The position numbers were made by a program, and so were the translations under genes. From Tubiluchus corallicola (Eukaryota > Animalia > Priapulida), in NCBI GenBank assembly GCA_030141605.1, contig JAQGDQ010001704.1, positions 1 to 28,455 on the forward strand: a DNA stretch of 28,455 nt, read 5' to 3'. Below are positions 1-13,457 of this stretch, in pieces (position 1 is the stretch's first letter; the number at the start of each line of letters is the position of its first letter). The notes beneath the pieces are model-generated. The model was not told where the DNA came from and made no database searches. It worked only from the letters and a program-made list of their open reading frames with translations.

Positions 1-856
1 GATAAAATGAATAAAATAAATGGTTACAACTTAAAATTTTTGATAAAATGCAACGAATCACCTGTACAATGTTAATCGCCGAAAGTTTTGATGTAACCTG
101 AATTTCTGAATTGCTTAAATAGCAAATAATGTTATTATCAGATGTAATTAATCGTGTCATATGTGAATAACAACATTTTCATAGTATAACATCATAATTG
201 GGGAATATTTCGATCAATACATATTTGCCGAGCAGATCTCATTAAATGAATGGCTCGTGCCCCGTTTGTAGTCTTATTACTAGTCCAACACGTGTCAGAC
301 GGTATTGTCCGACTTCTGTCTGGCTTTTATCTGGATGACATCCGGATATTCCATCAACTGTACATTGCAGAAAAGCCAGAAATATCAGGCACAGCCTAGG
401 CATCGCCAGTTTGGTATTTCTTGCAACTAAGTCGGAGATAGAAAAAATCATGTCTCGTATTGAGGGAGCTACTTGTTGAAGGTGTTAGACAGTAGCGAAG
501 GTTGTCGTGGCAAATCCGACACATATCCACCTGCTCACATATCGACGTGACTCACTGCGCAAAATGTCTGTCAATTCAGAAGGATTACAACTGGAAAATT
601 CAGGCCTAAAAATTGTTTAGTTTTTGCCATTTAAAGTTTTCTCGGTGCAGTATATTTATGAAATACGTTAGTATATGATTGGTATAAATTTTCGTATTTT
701 TATAGCTTTTTTTCAGTGTTTCAACTCTAAACAGAAAATGTAATCGATGTAAAACGTCGGAAAACTATTTTTTATTAAATACGTACAAGTTACTATACAC
801 TTACAATTTCTACTTCAGGTACTGTAGTTTGTTAGTTGGTTCAACAACGGTGTGTA

Positions 857-1235
<379 letters not shown>

Positions 1236-1727
1236 TTATTGTTATTGTATTTGTTATTGTATTATCATCATAATATTACATCATCATCATCGTGTCACCG
1301 TTGTCGTCGTCGCTACCGTACCGTCATCACCATCAAAACCATCTCCACCAATGCCACTTTTACTCTCCTTGCTAATGTTTATTATTTATGCCTACCTGCC
1401 ACATTTTGTAATGATCATTTCTGTTCCTATGGCGTGGAATTTGTCCCACAGTTCCTTATTTTCTAATGAAACTTTGATGTTCTTATCATTGGATCTTGGT
1501 GGTCCAGCCATGATCTTTGTTTCAGGATTGAAGGCTGAAGCCATATGATGTAACTCAGCAAAGCGTTGAGCTCCATGATCCGCAGCTGTTGAAAAAACAG
1601 TTTAAATTTAAGTTTAAAAGTAAAGTTTCAAATTCACACAAATCAAACAATATCCGACATTTTATTGAGAAACAAATGAGAAACAAAGCTAAAATTGTGT
1701 GACTGGCAAATACACTAGGCAAATATT

Positions 1728-2731
1728 ATGTGTGACTGTTACCGACGTTATCTAGTTACGATGGCTAACGTAAATGGTGCGCCATCATTCCGAGAAGTCT
1801 TTCGACGTTGGTCATTAACTCGTTCGTATTGGTTCAGCGTGACCGCTTTATTGGTTTCTGTGCTGGTCTTAGTCCAGATATGTTTCATGCTCATAGATAT
1901 AAGATCGAACGACAGTTTTACCAACGAGTGGCACACAGAACGGAAGTCCGAAGACATACGGAAATCTCAGACACCAAGTTTGGTTCACCAGGCTTTGGAA
2001 GAGGTCCTGGAAAAGAGTGAGAAGCGTGGTGAGCCACAATTGGAGCTGAAGAATAAGGACCTAGACACTCCTCAAGGTTCTGATGTTGGCGATTCGAATG
2101 TTTCGCACTGTGTTGAAGTGGACTTTGCCAAGATATGTGATAATGGTGAAACATTTGTATCCAGCGTCCAATACTACATGGCTGCTAATAGCCGTCTTCC
2201 TATTGAGAACAGTATTCTACCGGGCTTTCAATATGCAATCATGGCAGATGTCTGTAAGAAGTCACATCGGACGGTCAAGTACCTCTTCATTGTCCATTCA
2301 AAAGCTGACCACTTTCGTCACCGGGACCTCATTCGCGCCACCTGGGGACGAAGTCTGTCAACTCGCAATGCCGCTCTTGTGTTTAACGTGGCGTCAGTTA
2401 ACGATTCCTCCTTACTTAAGGACTTGGCAGGCGAGGCCAGAAGGTACCATGACATTATCCAAAGTTCTCATCTGGAACATTACAGAAATATGACGTACAA
2501 GCACATGATGGGGCTTCAGTACGCTGGCATATTCTGTCCATCGCTAGATTACGTGTTCAAAGTTGATGATGACTGGTCAGTCGATGTCAGTGATCTATTA
2601 GCGGACCTTAAGATGATGGAGAATATTCCGGAGTTTCAGCACGGCTGGATATATTGTAAAGTTATACGTGGTCAGCCCAATAGGAATCCTAGAAGTAAAT
2701 GGTATGCCAAGAGGCAAACATACCCGGCTAA
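1728..2731 (+). CDS. GT31-family beta-1,3-galactosyltransferase-like type II membrane protein, coding exon 1
   Basis: Long ORF with an N-terminal TM segment (YWFSVTALLVSVLVLVQICFMLI) and a stem. GT31 motifs: LFIVHS..HFRHRDLIRATWG, EARRYHDIIQ..LEHYRNMTYK, the DxD motif FKVDDD, and PNRNPRSKWY..YP. It ends at the donor AA|GTAAGT (intron from 2732, phase 2). The start could be ATG 1728 or 1761. Confidence 0.9.
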
Positions 2732-2796
2732 GTAAGTAAAGGTCGCCGGCGTGCAGTGATGGTGGTGGTGGAGATGGTGGTGGTGGTGGCGGCGGC

Positions 2797-3871
<1,075 letters not shown>

Positions 3872-4330
3872 ATAATCACTATAATGTTTGTGTGGCGGCT
3901 ATTGCTAAATGATGCAAAGTAAGAAAGAAAGAAAATAAAAACAAAAGTGGACGATGAAAAGCAGAACGTGTTGAAAAGAAAGGCAAAAGCTAAAGAAAGA
4001 AAGACAGTTGGAAAACACAGAGGGGAAAATAATGAAACAAAAACCAAGTTACTGCAGACGAGTAGGCAGGTAGAAAGGTTGGAAGGCAGAAAAGAATAAC
4101 AAGTAGAGTAGGCCTAAGGAAAAGAAAAAAAACCAACAGAGAAGAAAAGGGAAAGTGTTAAAAAATAAGAAAAGAAGCAGTAAGGAAAATATATGAAAAT
4201 CAAGAAAATAATTTTCCTATACTTTCCAGAAAAAAGATAAGGAAAGAAAAGAACGTCAAAAATGTTACAAGAAAGATGAGTTCTTTTCACAAATTAATTT
4301 ATTTATTAATTTAACCAATTTTTATTTCAG

Positions 4331-4568
4331 GGCCTATCCTAACTACTGTTTTGGTGCATTCATCGTTTACAAGATGGACGCTGTACGTAAAATACTCAAA
4401 GTGGCGCCACAGATACCTTACTATCACGTGGACGATTTGCACGTGACTGGTCACGTGGCCCAGGCTGCTGGAATCTATCCACCAATCAGGATTGCTCTAG
4501 ACTTCCTCAAAAATGAGCAGCAGCTACATTCCTATAAGGGAGACAATAGATTCGTTGGTAGCGAGTGA
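4331..4568 (+). CDS. GT31-family galactosyltransferase-like protein, coding exon 2
   Basis: Acceptor tttttatttcag|G at 4330/4331. The phase-2 join gives YPAKAYPNYCFGAFIVYK (GT31 YPxYCxG motif) and VDDLHVTG (the EDV/DDV motif). Stop TGA at 4566-4568; spliced product 413 aa. Confidence 0.88.
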
Positions 4569-4801
4569 AAACGAAAAATGTTTATTTTTCAACGAACTTG
4601 ATCACAGACACTTGTTTGTTTACATTTTAATTGTTTACGTTTTTGGCAAACGCTGTCAGTCTGACCAGGGAGTGTAGATAATTGCTATTGTCGTTGCAGT
4701 TTCGAAGTTGATTGATGGAATTTTTTCTTGATGGAATGAAAGGCGATCTACCTCACTAATATCTCACTTGATTTTCATTGTAATCTTTTGTTCCAAAAAA
4801 A

Positions 4802-5326
4802 CAGTGGCGGCTCGTAGCTAAAATTAGTGGGGGTGCTACAAAATTAAAAAAATAGCCATTGTTTTAATACTGTGTAAAACAAACATATGTAATTATAATG
4901 TTGTAATTGTAGTTTTAAACAAACAAACTAATTTAAACATAACCTTGAAAAATCTCCTAAACAAAATATTGTTTTCTTACGAAAAGCCTAAACTGTTGCA
5001 GTTCAAAAATATGATGATACACGACTTTTAAACACGTGACAACTGATAACACGTACTGCAGTGAGCGACAGTACTCTTTCTACCTTAAGTACAGCGTCTT
5101 AATTCAGACATGTGCGCATGGCCGCATGCGCACAACAGCGAAACGCCACGTTGCTTGGACTGTGAAGCAAATTGTACTTCCCTCACATGCACCGGTTACG
5201 CACAAGTATAAAGAAAGAATCAAAGAAAATTATTATATAAAATTATTATATTGAATATTATCGATAATAATAAGTGAAAGCATGGGGTGCTGCAGTACCA
5301 CAGTATCCATACACGAGCCGCCACTG
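4802..5326 (+). mobile_element. hAT-like MITE, full length
   Basis: Perfect 14-bp TIRs CAGTGGCGGCTCGT (4802..4815) / ACGAGCCGCCACTG (5313..5326). Flanking 8-mers caaaaaaa/gaaacaaa match at 6/8 (degenerate TSD). A second copy lies at 27243..27597. Confidence 0.8.
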
Positions 5327-5805
5327 GAAACAAAATAGCTGTAAGTAAGAAAATGAACTGTTTCACCTGATTTTATTCAGGAACACGAAGGTATAATAAG
5401 ACAGAACATAAAAAATTCAACAATCAAAGCCATCTTTATCACAGGCACATAAAACATTTATAGTTAAAAACAACATAACTTTATTAAAAACGTTTACATT
5501 AAAAAGTTAAAATCAAGAAAAACATTTCGCTAGCTGCTGCTGCCATCATCAGTGGTAAATTTTCAAACATATAAACTGTTTATATAGGCAGAACTTATGC
5601 ACTAATTAAGCAGTTAACTAGGAGCCAAGTAGATAATGAATCAGCAGACCAGTAAAGAAATTGGTACAGCAACTTAAGTACTAATTATGTATTTATAAAA
5701 GCCAAATAGGTAATCATAAGCAGACCTTTGCGCATATTAAATATTAATTTTATTTCTACACATGTCCACACATGCGAGCACACATTTTTTGTACACACAT
5801 GCATT

Positions 5806-5869
5806 CACGCACACGCACACACACACACGCGCACACGCGCGCGCACGCACGCACGCGCACACGCACACA
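5806..5869. repeat. (CA)n/(CGCA)n microsatellite
   Basis: Directly visible alternating purine-pyrimidine tract. Confidence 0.9.
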
Positions 5870-6346
5870 GTCGTAAATAAGCTTGTACTTATATTTCGAA
5901 ACCAATTTTCACAAAAGACACAATACTAATCTATAATATGCAATCATTTTACAAGATGCAGAACAATCAACTAAACATCTGTTTCATCAACTATCAACAA
6001 GCAGTTTTGCGTGAGAACGTACTATACAGTTCAGTACATGTGGAATGCACCTGGTTTCACACTTGTTGAAAAGCAATCCCCAATCCCACGGGTGTTAAAC
6101 TTTTCTATAATGATTTGCATAGGCGCTAGCAGTGAAATAAACAGACCTGGGTAACTGCGCTTAGTGCTAAGCTTGGACGGCAGTTTACCGTCTTCCGTCC
6201 CTTGCATGAAAAACATAGGTGGCCTTCGGTAGCGAAAGGGTTAAATTCTTATTTAAAACATCTCTTACAATCAATACTAACAGTCCTGTAAGATTTTTTG
6301 CGTCTCAACTGCTTTATGATTTGCATTCAGTTACAGTCTAGTCTTC

Positions 6347-6709
6347 TTATTTGCCATAACCGCCGTAACCATGACCACCATAACCATGGCCACCATGACC
6401 ATAACCTCCATAACCACCGTATCGGCGACCGCCGTAACCATGGCCACCATGACCATAACCATGACCACCATGACCATAACCGTAACCTCTGCGACCGTAA
6501 CCAATGGCATACAGGAGTGATCTGGCAAACACGGTAGCCGGACTCTGCGTGGTGGTGGTCGTAAGGAGATTGATTAGGTAATACAGGTTGTGTCCAACGT
6601 GACCACCGTATCCGCCGTGACCATAACCACCATGGCCGCCGTAGCCACCGTAACCACCATGACCGCCGTAACCACCATAACCAGCAGAGTGGGCAATGCA
6701 CAAATGGAC
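6347..6709 (-). CDS. Terminal exon C of secreted Gly/Tyr/His-rich protein (VHLCIAHSAGYGGYGGHGGY...GGYGK)
   Basis: Acceptor gtttctacag|GTC, phase 0. GGY/GGH repeats flank the core NLYYLINLLTTTTTQSPATVFARSLLYAIG; stop TAA. Joined to 11422..11460 it gives 133 aa with the signal MKSTFIVFLIFVLVHLCIA. Confidence 0.85.
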   Translation of the reverse strand, partial: VHLCIAHSAGYGGYGGHGGYGGYGGHGGYGHGGYGGHVGHNLYYLINLLTTTTTQSPATVFARSLLYAIGYGRRGYGYGHGGHGYGHGGHGYGGRRYGGYGGYGHGGHGYGGHGYGGYGK

Positions 6710-6888
6710 CTGTAGAAACAACAGAGTGTTAAAGTGTGATAAAAGCCACGCAAGCTGTAATCATGCCTAGGATCTCGGCCACTGAATTGTGTACTCTAAG
6801 TAAAGTAAATGATCAAGCAGCGGAATAAGTAAGTAACCAAGAAAAAAATGGTTGATAGGTATTTAGGCAGACAGAGAGGGAAGCAAAC

Positions 6889-7260
6889 GAGTGAGTGAGT
6901 GAGTGAGTTAGTGTGTGAGGAAATTATTGAGTGAGTCAGTGGCGAGTGAGTGGTGAGCGAGTGTATGACTGAGTGAGTGAGTGAGTGAGTGGTGAGTGAG
7001 CGTATGACTGAGTGAGTGAGTGTCCGTGTGTGTGAGTGAGTGGCTGAGTAAGTGATTGAGTGAGTGAGTAAGTGAGTAAATGACTGTATGACTGTATGAC
7101 TGAGTGAGTGTGTGACTGAGTGAGTGAGTGAGTTAGTGAGTGAGCGACTGAATTAGTGAGTGATTGAGTGTGTGAGTGTGTGTGTGTAGGTGAGTGACTG
7201 AGTGTTACTGAGTGAGTGAGTAAATGAGTGACTGTGTGACTGAATCAGTGAGTGAATGAG
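6889..7260. repeat. Degenerate (GAGT)n tetranucleotide repeat
   Basis: Directly visible; it reads (ACUC)n on the transcribed - strand. Confidence 0.92.
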
Positions 7261-8383
7261 GAAGGAGCGAATGAGAAAATAAACAAGTATGCAAGCAATA
7301 AAATGAGCAATTAGACGATTTCAATAAGTGAAAGAAGCTGATCAAGGAGCAGTGAGTAAAGAAACGTAACGAGAAAAGCACCTATTGCATCTTTGAATTT
7401 TAATGCAACAGCTAAATCTAAGCAGGACTTAAGTCAAATCAAATAACCCAATGTAACTGATGTAATTTATCTAGATTGACGCTTATTAATTTATTCTAAT
7501 CTGACGCATTAATTGAGTAATTTATAAATGTTCTGGCTCGGTGACTGAGTGACTCATCTTGAGAAAGTGACTAACTGACTAGCTGACCGATTGACTTATT
7601 TATCGACTGATCTTTCTGAACTAAAATACAGTGTAGATGTTCTCACACCTTTGGTGTGCAAATGAGTTATCAAATAATTTGAGCCCAGGCAGCGATAATA
7701 CACTACTCGTAGGTTAGTTAAGTCAATGAAAAGCATGTTTGACATTTCGTCGTGTTTTTGTAAACGAGAACACAAAATAGATGAGAACAATTGGTATTGA
7801 TAACAACAACAAGATGACATTTTATTAACAACAAAAATTTAAATAATTGCTAAAATTATAAACGACAAACTCAATGGAAACAGAGTAGCATGTCATGGCG
7901 TATTAAAGCAGTGGGTTCTTCCTTTCAACCAAATAGGGCCTATTACACTGTAAACTGCCACTGCAATACAATGACACAAAACGTATTATACTTAATATTT
8001 CAAAAACTCATTTTAGTTTTGTAAACACCAGAATATCTCTTCACTGTTTCTTGTGGTAGGCTTGCACCCATTTATGAGTGCAGGGCCTAATGCTGGTATT
8101 GTGTTGTAGAAGTTGAATAAACTGATTTCAATAATCCAACATTCATACTTTTGTTAATTGTCACTGGGTGGCATGGGCATCGTAATATTTATATCCCAGG
8201 GGCCTAGAAAATCACAATTCGGCCTTGGCAATAAAGCTGATATTTTAAACAGAACCGGGGATTAAAAAGCACAACAACATAGTGACTAACTGACTACTGG
8301 TACTGACTACTGTTACTGACTACTTTCGTGGCTTTTCTTTTAAAACAAGTTAGTATTTTATGTTAACAGCGTCAAATCACAGA

Positions 8384-8728
8384 TCATTTTTTCTTCGCAT
8401 AACCACTGTATCCGTGACCACCATATCCATGACCTCCATATCCATGACCACCGTATCCATGGCCTCCATAACCATGACCACCGTATCGGCGACCGCCGTA
8501 TCCATGACCACCGTAACCATGGCCTCTGTGTCTTAGAAAATAGTACAGCGTCAGTGCAGCAGGACTAACAGTAGTCGTTGTAGTGAGAAGATTAATCAGA
8601 GAGTACAAGTTGAATCCACCGTATCCACCGTGTCCATAACCGCCATGGCCATAGCCACCGTGTCCATAACCTCCATGACCATAACCACCACCGTGTCCGT
8701 ATCCATGACAATTAATATAACTGAATGC
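8384..8728 (-). CDS. Terminal exon B of secreted Gly/Tyr/His-rich protein (AFSYINCHGYGHGGGY...GYAKKK)
   Basis: Acceptor ttattcttctag|GCA, phase 0. It extends the listed ORF 8384..8608 by 40 codons of GHGGY repeats; core NLYSLINLLTTTTTVSPAALTLYYFLR; stop TGA. 127 aa if joined to 11422..11460. Confidence 0.85.
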   Translation of the reverse strand, partial: AFSYINCHGYGHGGGYGHGGYGHGGYGHGGYGHGGYGGFNLYSLINLLTTTTTVSPAALTLYYFLRHRGHGYGGHGYGGRRYGGHGYGGHGYGGHGYGGHGYGGHGYSGYAKKK

Positions 8729-9737
8729 CTAGAAGAATAAGTAACGATTGTCAAGGCGATCATTCCTCAACTCAAGGATTTTAATTTTTAGGCTTCCATT
8801 TAAAAATGAAATTAAAAATTCAATAAAAAATTTTTGCGCATGCGTAGTACGTATTGCACAGTAATGTATAGATTTGTTGAATTTTGCATAAAAAATCACA
8901 AAATGTATAAAAACATATTAAAAAATATTAATTTTAACATTAAAAGAATATTATAAATCATAAAAAATTATCATTTACAGTAAACAGTGTATTTATTCGG
9001 CGCATGAATACACACCAAACACGAAATGCTTGCGCCCGCTTGAGATGCTGCTTGCCGACGTGAGATTGTACACAACACCAAGAGTGTGGGGAGGGTTTAT
9101 AAAGACCTAAAATAACGTATAACTACTAAAATAATTATAGCGTCCCTACTTCGCGGAAATTCATTTATTGCGGGTGGGCCTGGAACGGAACACTCGCGAT
9201 AAGTGAGGGATATGCATAGTTTTATGTTGTTGCCAAACAAAATATTTAAATGTTTAGCATAGAACGAGCTTTCAAAGCTAAACAAATAGTAAGCAGCAAA
9301 AGCTCAAAATGGCTTTAACTAGCTGTTACTCTAATACAGAATAATTTCACAAATTAGGCTGCAGGGAGATTAGAGCTCTGCATGTTTAACCTAAGCTTTT
9401 TTAACGTTCTATTTACTTTTTTAATGAGTACTCGCAAAGACCTGCAAATAATATAGTTTTTATGTCAAACTAGGTAACAGACCGCGTATAATGGCTGAGC
9501 TTTTTAGCTGGTAATAAGAATCGATCCTAAAGACGATAATTACTTTGTGTTGTGACAAAAGAGCAACACGCCGCCGTCTTGCAATGGTACCGAAAAAACT
9601 GGTGCCGCATGTCAATGGATTTGTTGATGATATGATGGTTAGCACCACGTGTGTGGGCGTGCTTACAAGAGACGCGTGTCAGGAAGTAACGTAAGCACTA
9701 CACGGTGTTCTGGACTTTATGAATGATGACCTTCTAT

Positions 9738-9857
9738 TCTTGAACAATAAATTTCTACAAGTTCGAGTCCCGCATTGTCTTGAACAATGAATTTATACAA
9801 GTTCGAGTCCCGCATTGTCTTGAACAATGAATTTGTACAAGTTCGAGTCCCACATTG
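9738..9857. repeat. 40-bp tandem repeat x3
   Basis: Unit tcttgaacaat(a/g)aattt(c/a/g)tacaagttcgagtccc(g/a)cattg at 9738, 9778 and 9818. Confidence 0.95.
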
Positions 9858-10275
9858 TTTAACGTTTCATTACCGTCGAAATGATTGAAACGATTTTACA
9901 GATGCGAAAACTTGTCTCTTCGTTAAACCCAAAACCAGTAGTGAGACCTTCGCTTCCAAACGATCACATGGTCTGCCCGAACGCATTAGTCCAAACAAAC
10001 GGTTGCTGATTTTCAAAACATGCAACGGAAAACCAAAATTGTTTTTGTGTGTGATTTTCGCACCGTTTCTTAAGTGAAGTTCTGACGTGATGATTTCTGC
10101 TTTTGCAAAAGGTTTGCAGGCTGGTTACGAGAAAAATGTTGTATAACGAGGAATCCATTCATATTCGATAAGCAACTTTTGTTTGAATTCTTGCATAAAT
10201 TACCAGACAGTGAATAACTGCATTTGTTCTTTGAACTCCAGTGGATGTCAATGTCTTTTCTTGGTTCTGCTTTTA

Positions 10276-10776
10276 CTAACAGTAATGAGCATGATAATTA
10301 GAACTAACGAATCTTAGGCCACCATATCCACCATTTTTATGTTTTCTATATCTGTGACCTCCATTTCCATGGCCACCATATCCATGACTATTGAGTCCAT
10401 GACCACCATAGGTATGACCACCATATCCAGGTGGACAACCATGTCTATAAGTACCATATCCATGGCCACCATAACCATGGCCACCATAACCATGGCCACT
10501 GTATCCATGGCCACCATATCCATGGCCACCATACCCATGGCCACCGTATCCATGGCTACCATGTCCATGACCACCATACCCATTGCCGCCATACCCGTGA
10601 CTACCATATCCATGGCTACCACGACCAAGAGCGTAGAGAAGAGAGCGAGCAAAAGAATTTGTTGGTGCTGCCGTTGTTGTGGTTCTTAGCCGTATGTAAT
10701 AGGTGTTGTACCCGTTGCCGTAGCCGTGGCTTCCATAGCCACCGTAGAACGCCAAAGCCGCATCTTTCCGTATATC
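10276..10776 (-). CDS. Terminal exon A of secreted Gly/Tyr/His-rich protein (DIRKDAALAFYGGYG...HAHYC)
   Basis: Acceptor tatttctgctgcag|GAT, phase 0. Core YNTYYIRLRTTTTAAPTNSFARSLLYALG, then many GGHGY repeats; stop TAG. 179 aa with 11422..11460. Confidence 0.85.
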   Translation of the reverse strand, partial: DIRKDAALAFYGGYGSHGYGNGYNTYYIRLRTTTTAAPTNSFARSLLYALGRGSHGYGSHGYGGNGYGGHGHGSHGYGGHGYGGHGYGGHGYSGHGYGGHGYGGHGYGTYRHGCPPGYGGHTYGGHGLNSHGYGGHGNGGHRYRKHKNGGYGGLRFVSSNYHAHYC

Positions 10777-11421
10777 CTGCAGCAGAAATATGGATAGGTG
10801 GTATAATGACCACGTGCAGTCCACGTGGTAGTCCACGTGCATTTGACATTTTTATAGTGAGCTGAAGTTTTCGTGAACTGAAAGTTTTTGTAGTTTCTTA
10901 ATGGGTCACCATTCTTTGATCAATTATTTATTTAAAACAGGCCAGTCAAACGTGGTAGGTTTGTTAATCGTAATATGATTCCCGTATTTTGTATCAAATA
11001 ACCTAACAAGAATTGATGAAATTGTGTATGAAACAATTAACGAAGACGCCATACTTTATGGAGTTTTCAAATTCTTAAGCTAGCATGAATGACATCAATT
11101 TTTAAGTAACCCCCAATAACCAACGAATTTTCCATCATTTTTATTAAAAAATAACAACGTTCCTACTGCACACTAGTAGTCAGTGTGAGTAGAAACGTTG
11201 CTGTTTTTCAATAATAATGATAAAAAATTAGTTGGTTATTGTGGGTATTTAAAATGATAACGAAGCAGGAAATCATACTTGTCATAGTAATGGAGACGAT
11301 ATTTAAAACATGTGTGTTTCTAAAACGCAGAGAAATTGGAAAAATGAAGGAAGAAGAAGTAATAAACAGATAAGAAAAAAAGAAGGAAGTGAGTTAAAGA
11401 TTTAAAAATGAAAAAACTTAC

Positions 11422-11460
11422 CAAAACGAATATAAGAAACACAATAAAAGTCGATTTCAT
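11422..11460 (-). CDS. Signal-peptide exon MKSTFIVFLIFVL
   Basis: ttattttcag|GTGTAAAATT ATG AAA ... GTT TTG|GTAAGT: acceptor at 11471/11470, 10-nt UTR, 13 codons (MK plus a hydrophobic run), perfect phase-0 donor. Confidence 0.85.
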
Positions 11461-11519
11461 AATTTTACACCTGAAAATAAGCAAAGTGTTGCAATAACAA
11501 GCGCACAATAACTATTGTT

Positions 11520-11590
11520 ACAGCTGTTGTTGTTGCTGTTGCTGTTGCTGTTGTTGTTGCTGCTGCTGTCGTCGTCGTCGCTGTCGTCAT
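11520..11590. repeat. Short (TGT/TGC/GTC)n trinucleotide run
   Basis: Directly visible, just upstream of the acceptor at 11471. Confidence 0.85.
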
Positions 11591-12276
11591 ATTCGTCACT
11601 GTCTGCGTCAATATAAACAAAACTAAGAGTATTGCTATGCATGATTACAACTAGTTTCTTGCATAGCAAACAGAAACGCAGTACTTTAAAGGAAATAATA
11701 ACAATTCCGTGTATTTAATCTTGAAATAAAAATCACATCAACGATTAGTTATTACCGTTCATTCCTATTGAAATATCAATTTCATTATCAATAAACCGAT
11801 GTCAAGGTTTTTCACTTTCGCTTTACTGATTCAAGTGCAAAGCAAGCGATTATAATCAAAAGATAAACTACAAGGAATTTAATCTTACCGTTAAGACGTT
11901 CAACAAAAACACGAAAGATCTCAGAGATGATAAAAACGGAAAACATTTGATGTAATAGTCAGATACGCACTGTTGATACACCTCGCCTGGGTAAACCCAA
12001 TTTGTCGGTTTGGAGTTTCCAAAGCGAAAGTGTGTCCCAGTATACACGCACTGGTACCCAGTCCGACCCAATTTTTTTATGAATTAAGACCATTCTTTCT
12101 TAACTAACAGTGTGCCAGCATTGTCCGTGTGTTACGGTGTGTATTGTTTACTGCAGCCTGTAAGTGGCGCAAAGCTAATAAGTGTTTGGGCGTTAATTTG
12201 GCTGTTTGATTAGAATTATTTCAAGGTCAGTTTTTTCAAGACAAATTACAAAAGCCGACGCAGACTCGATAACCAA

Positions 12277-13205
<929 letters not shown>

Positions 13206-13457
13206 TTTCTCCAACCAGTTATTTTTTTGCTCTCTTTTCATACATTTTTCTCTGCCTCTTATTAAGCACTGCTTTCTTATTTCTCCAATAAGTTCGTATC
13301 CGCCGTACCCTTCCCGTTTTTTCCCTTCTCCTCTTTTCTAAGAAAATAGTTTTGCTCCATATTATTATTATTTTACTTTATTAAAGACAAAATAACCCGT
13401 TATCCTTCAACGGAATAGTTTAAATTCGAAATGCTCGTTGCAAAATGTTGAAATTAA

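Noticed and set aside
1-830. Unique-looking sequence with ORF 242..451
   Set aside because: No recognisable protein motif, TIR pair or second copy in the window; it may be GT31 upstream sequence or a TE fragment.
2729-2735. GT31 ORF apparently truncated at 335 aa
   Set aside because: The TAA lies within the GTAAGT donor; splicing to 4331 restores the missing catalytic motifs.
4566-4664. In-frame LVCLHFNCLRFWQTL after the GT31 stop, resembling a lost H...W C-terminal motif
   Set aside because: It lies behind two stops, the H-W spacing is atypical, and I found no intron that restores this frame; an alignment to orthologues would be needed.
6298-6701. Overlapping His/Asn-rich, Trp/Arg-rich and Met/Val-rich ORFs (also 10314..10865 and 22881..23438)
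   Set aside because: These are shadow frames of GGN-TAY-CAY codon repeats, which lack stops in the other frames; only the Gly/Tyr frame matches the splice phase and the family core.
9738-9857. CRISPR-like or tRNA gene interpretation of the short repeats (also 18750..19428 and 20224..20584)
   Set aside because: The units are head-to-tail without unique spacers, there are no cas genes, the context is eukaryotic, and no cloverleaf could be built.
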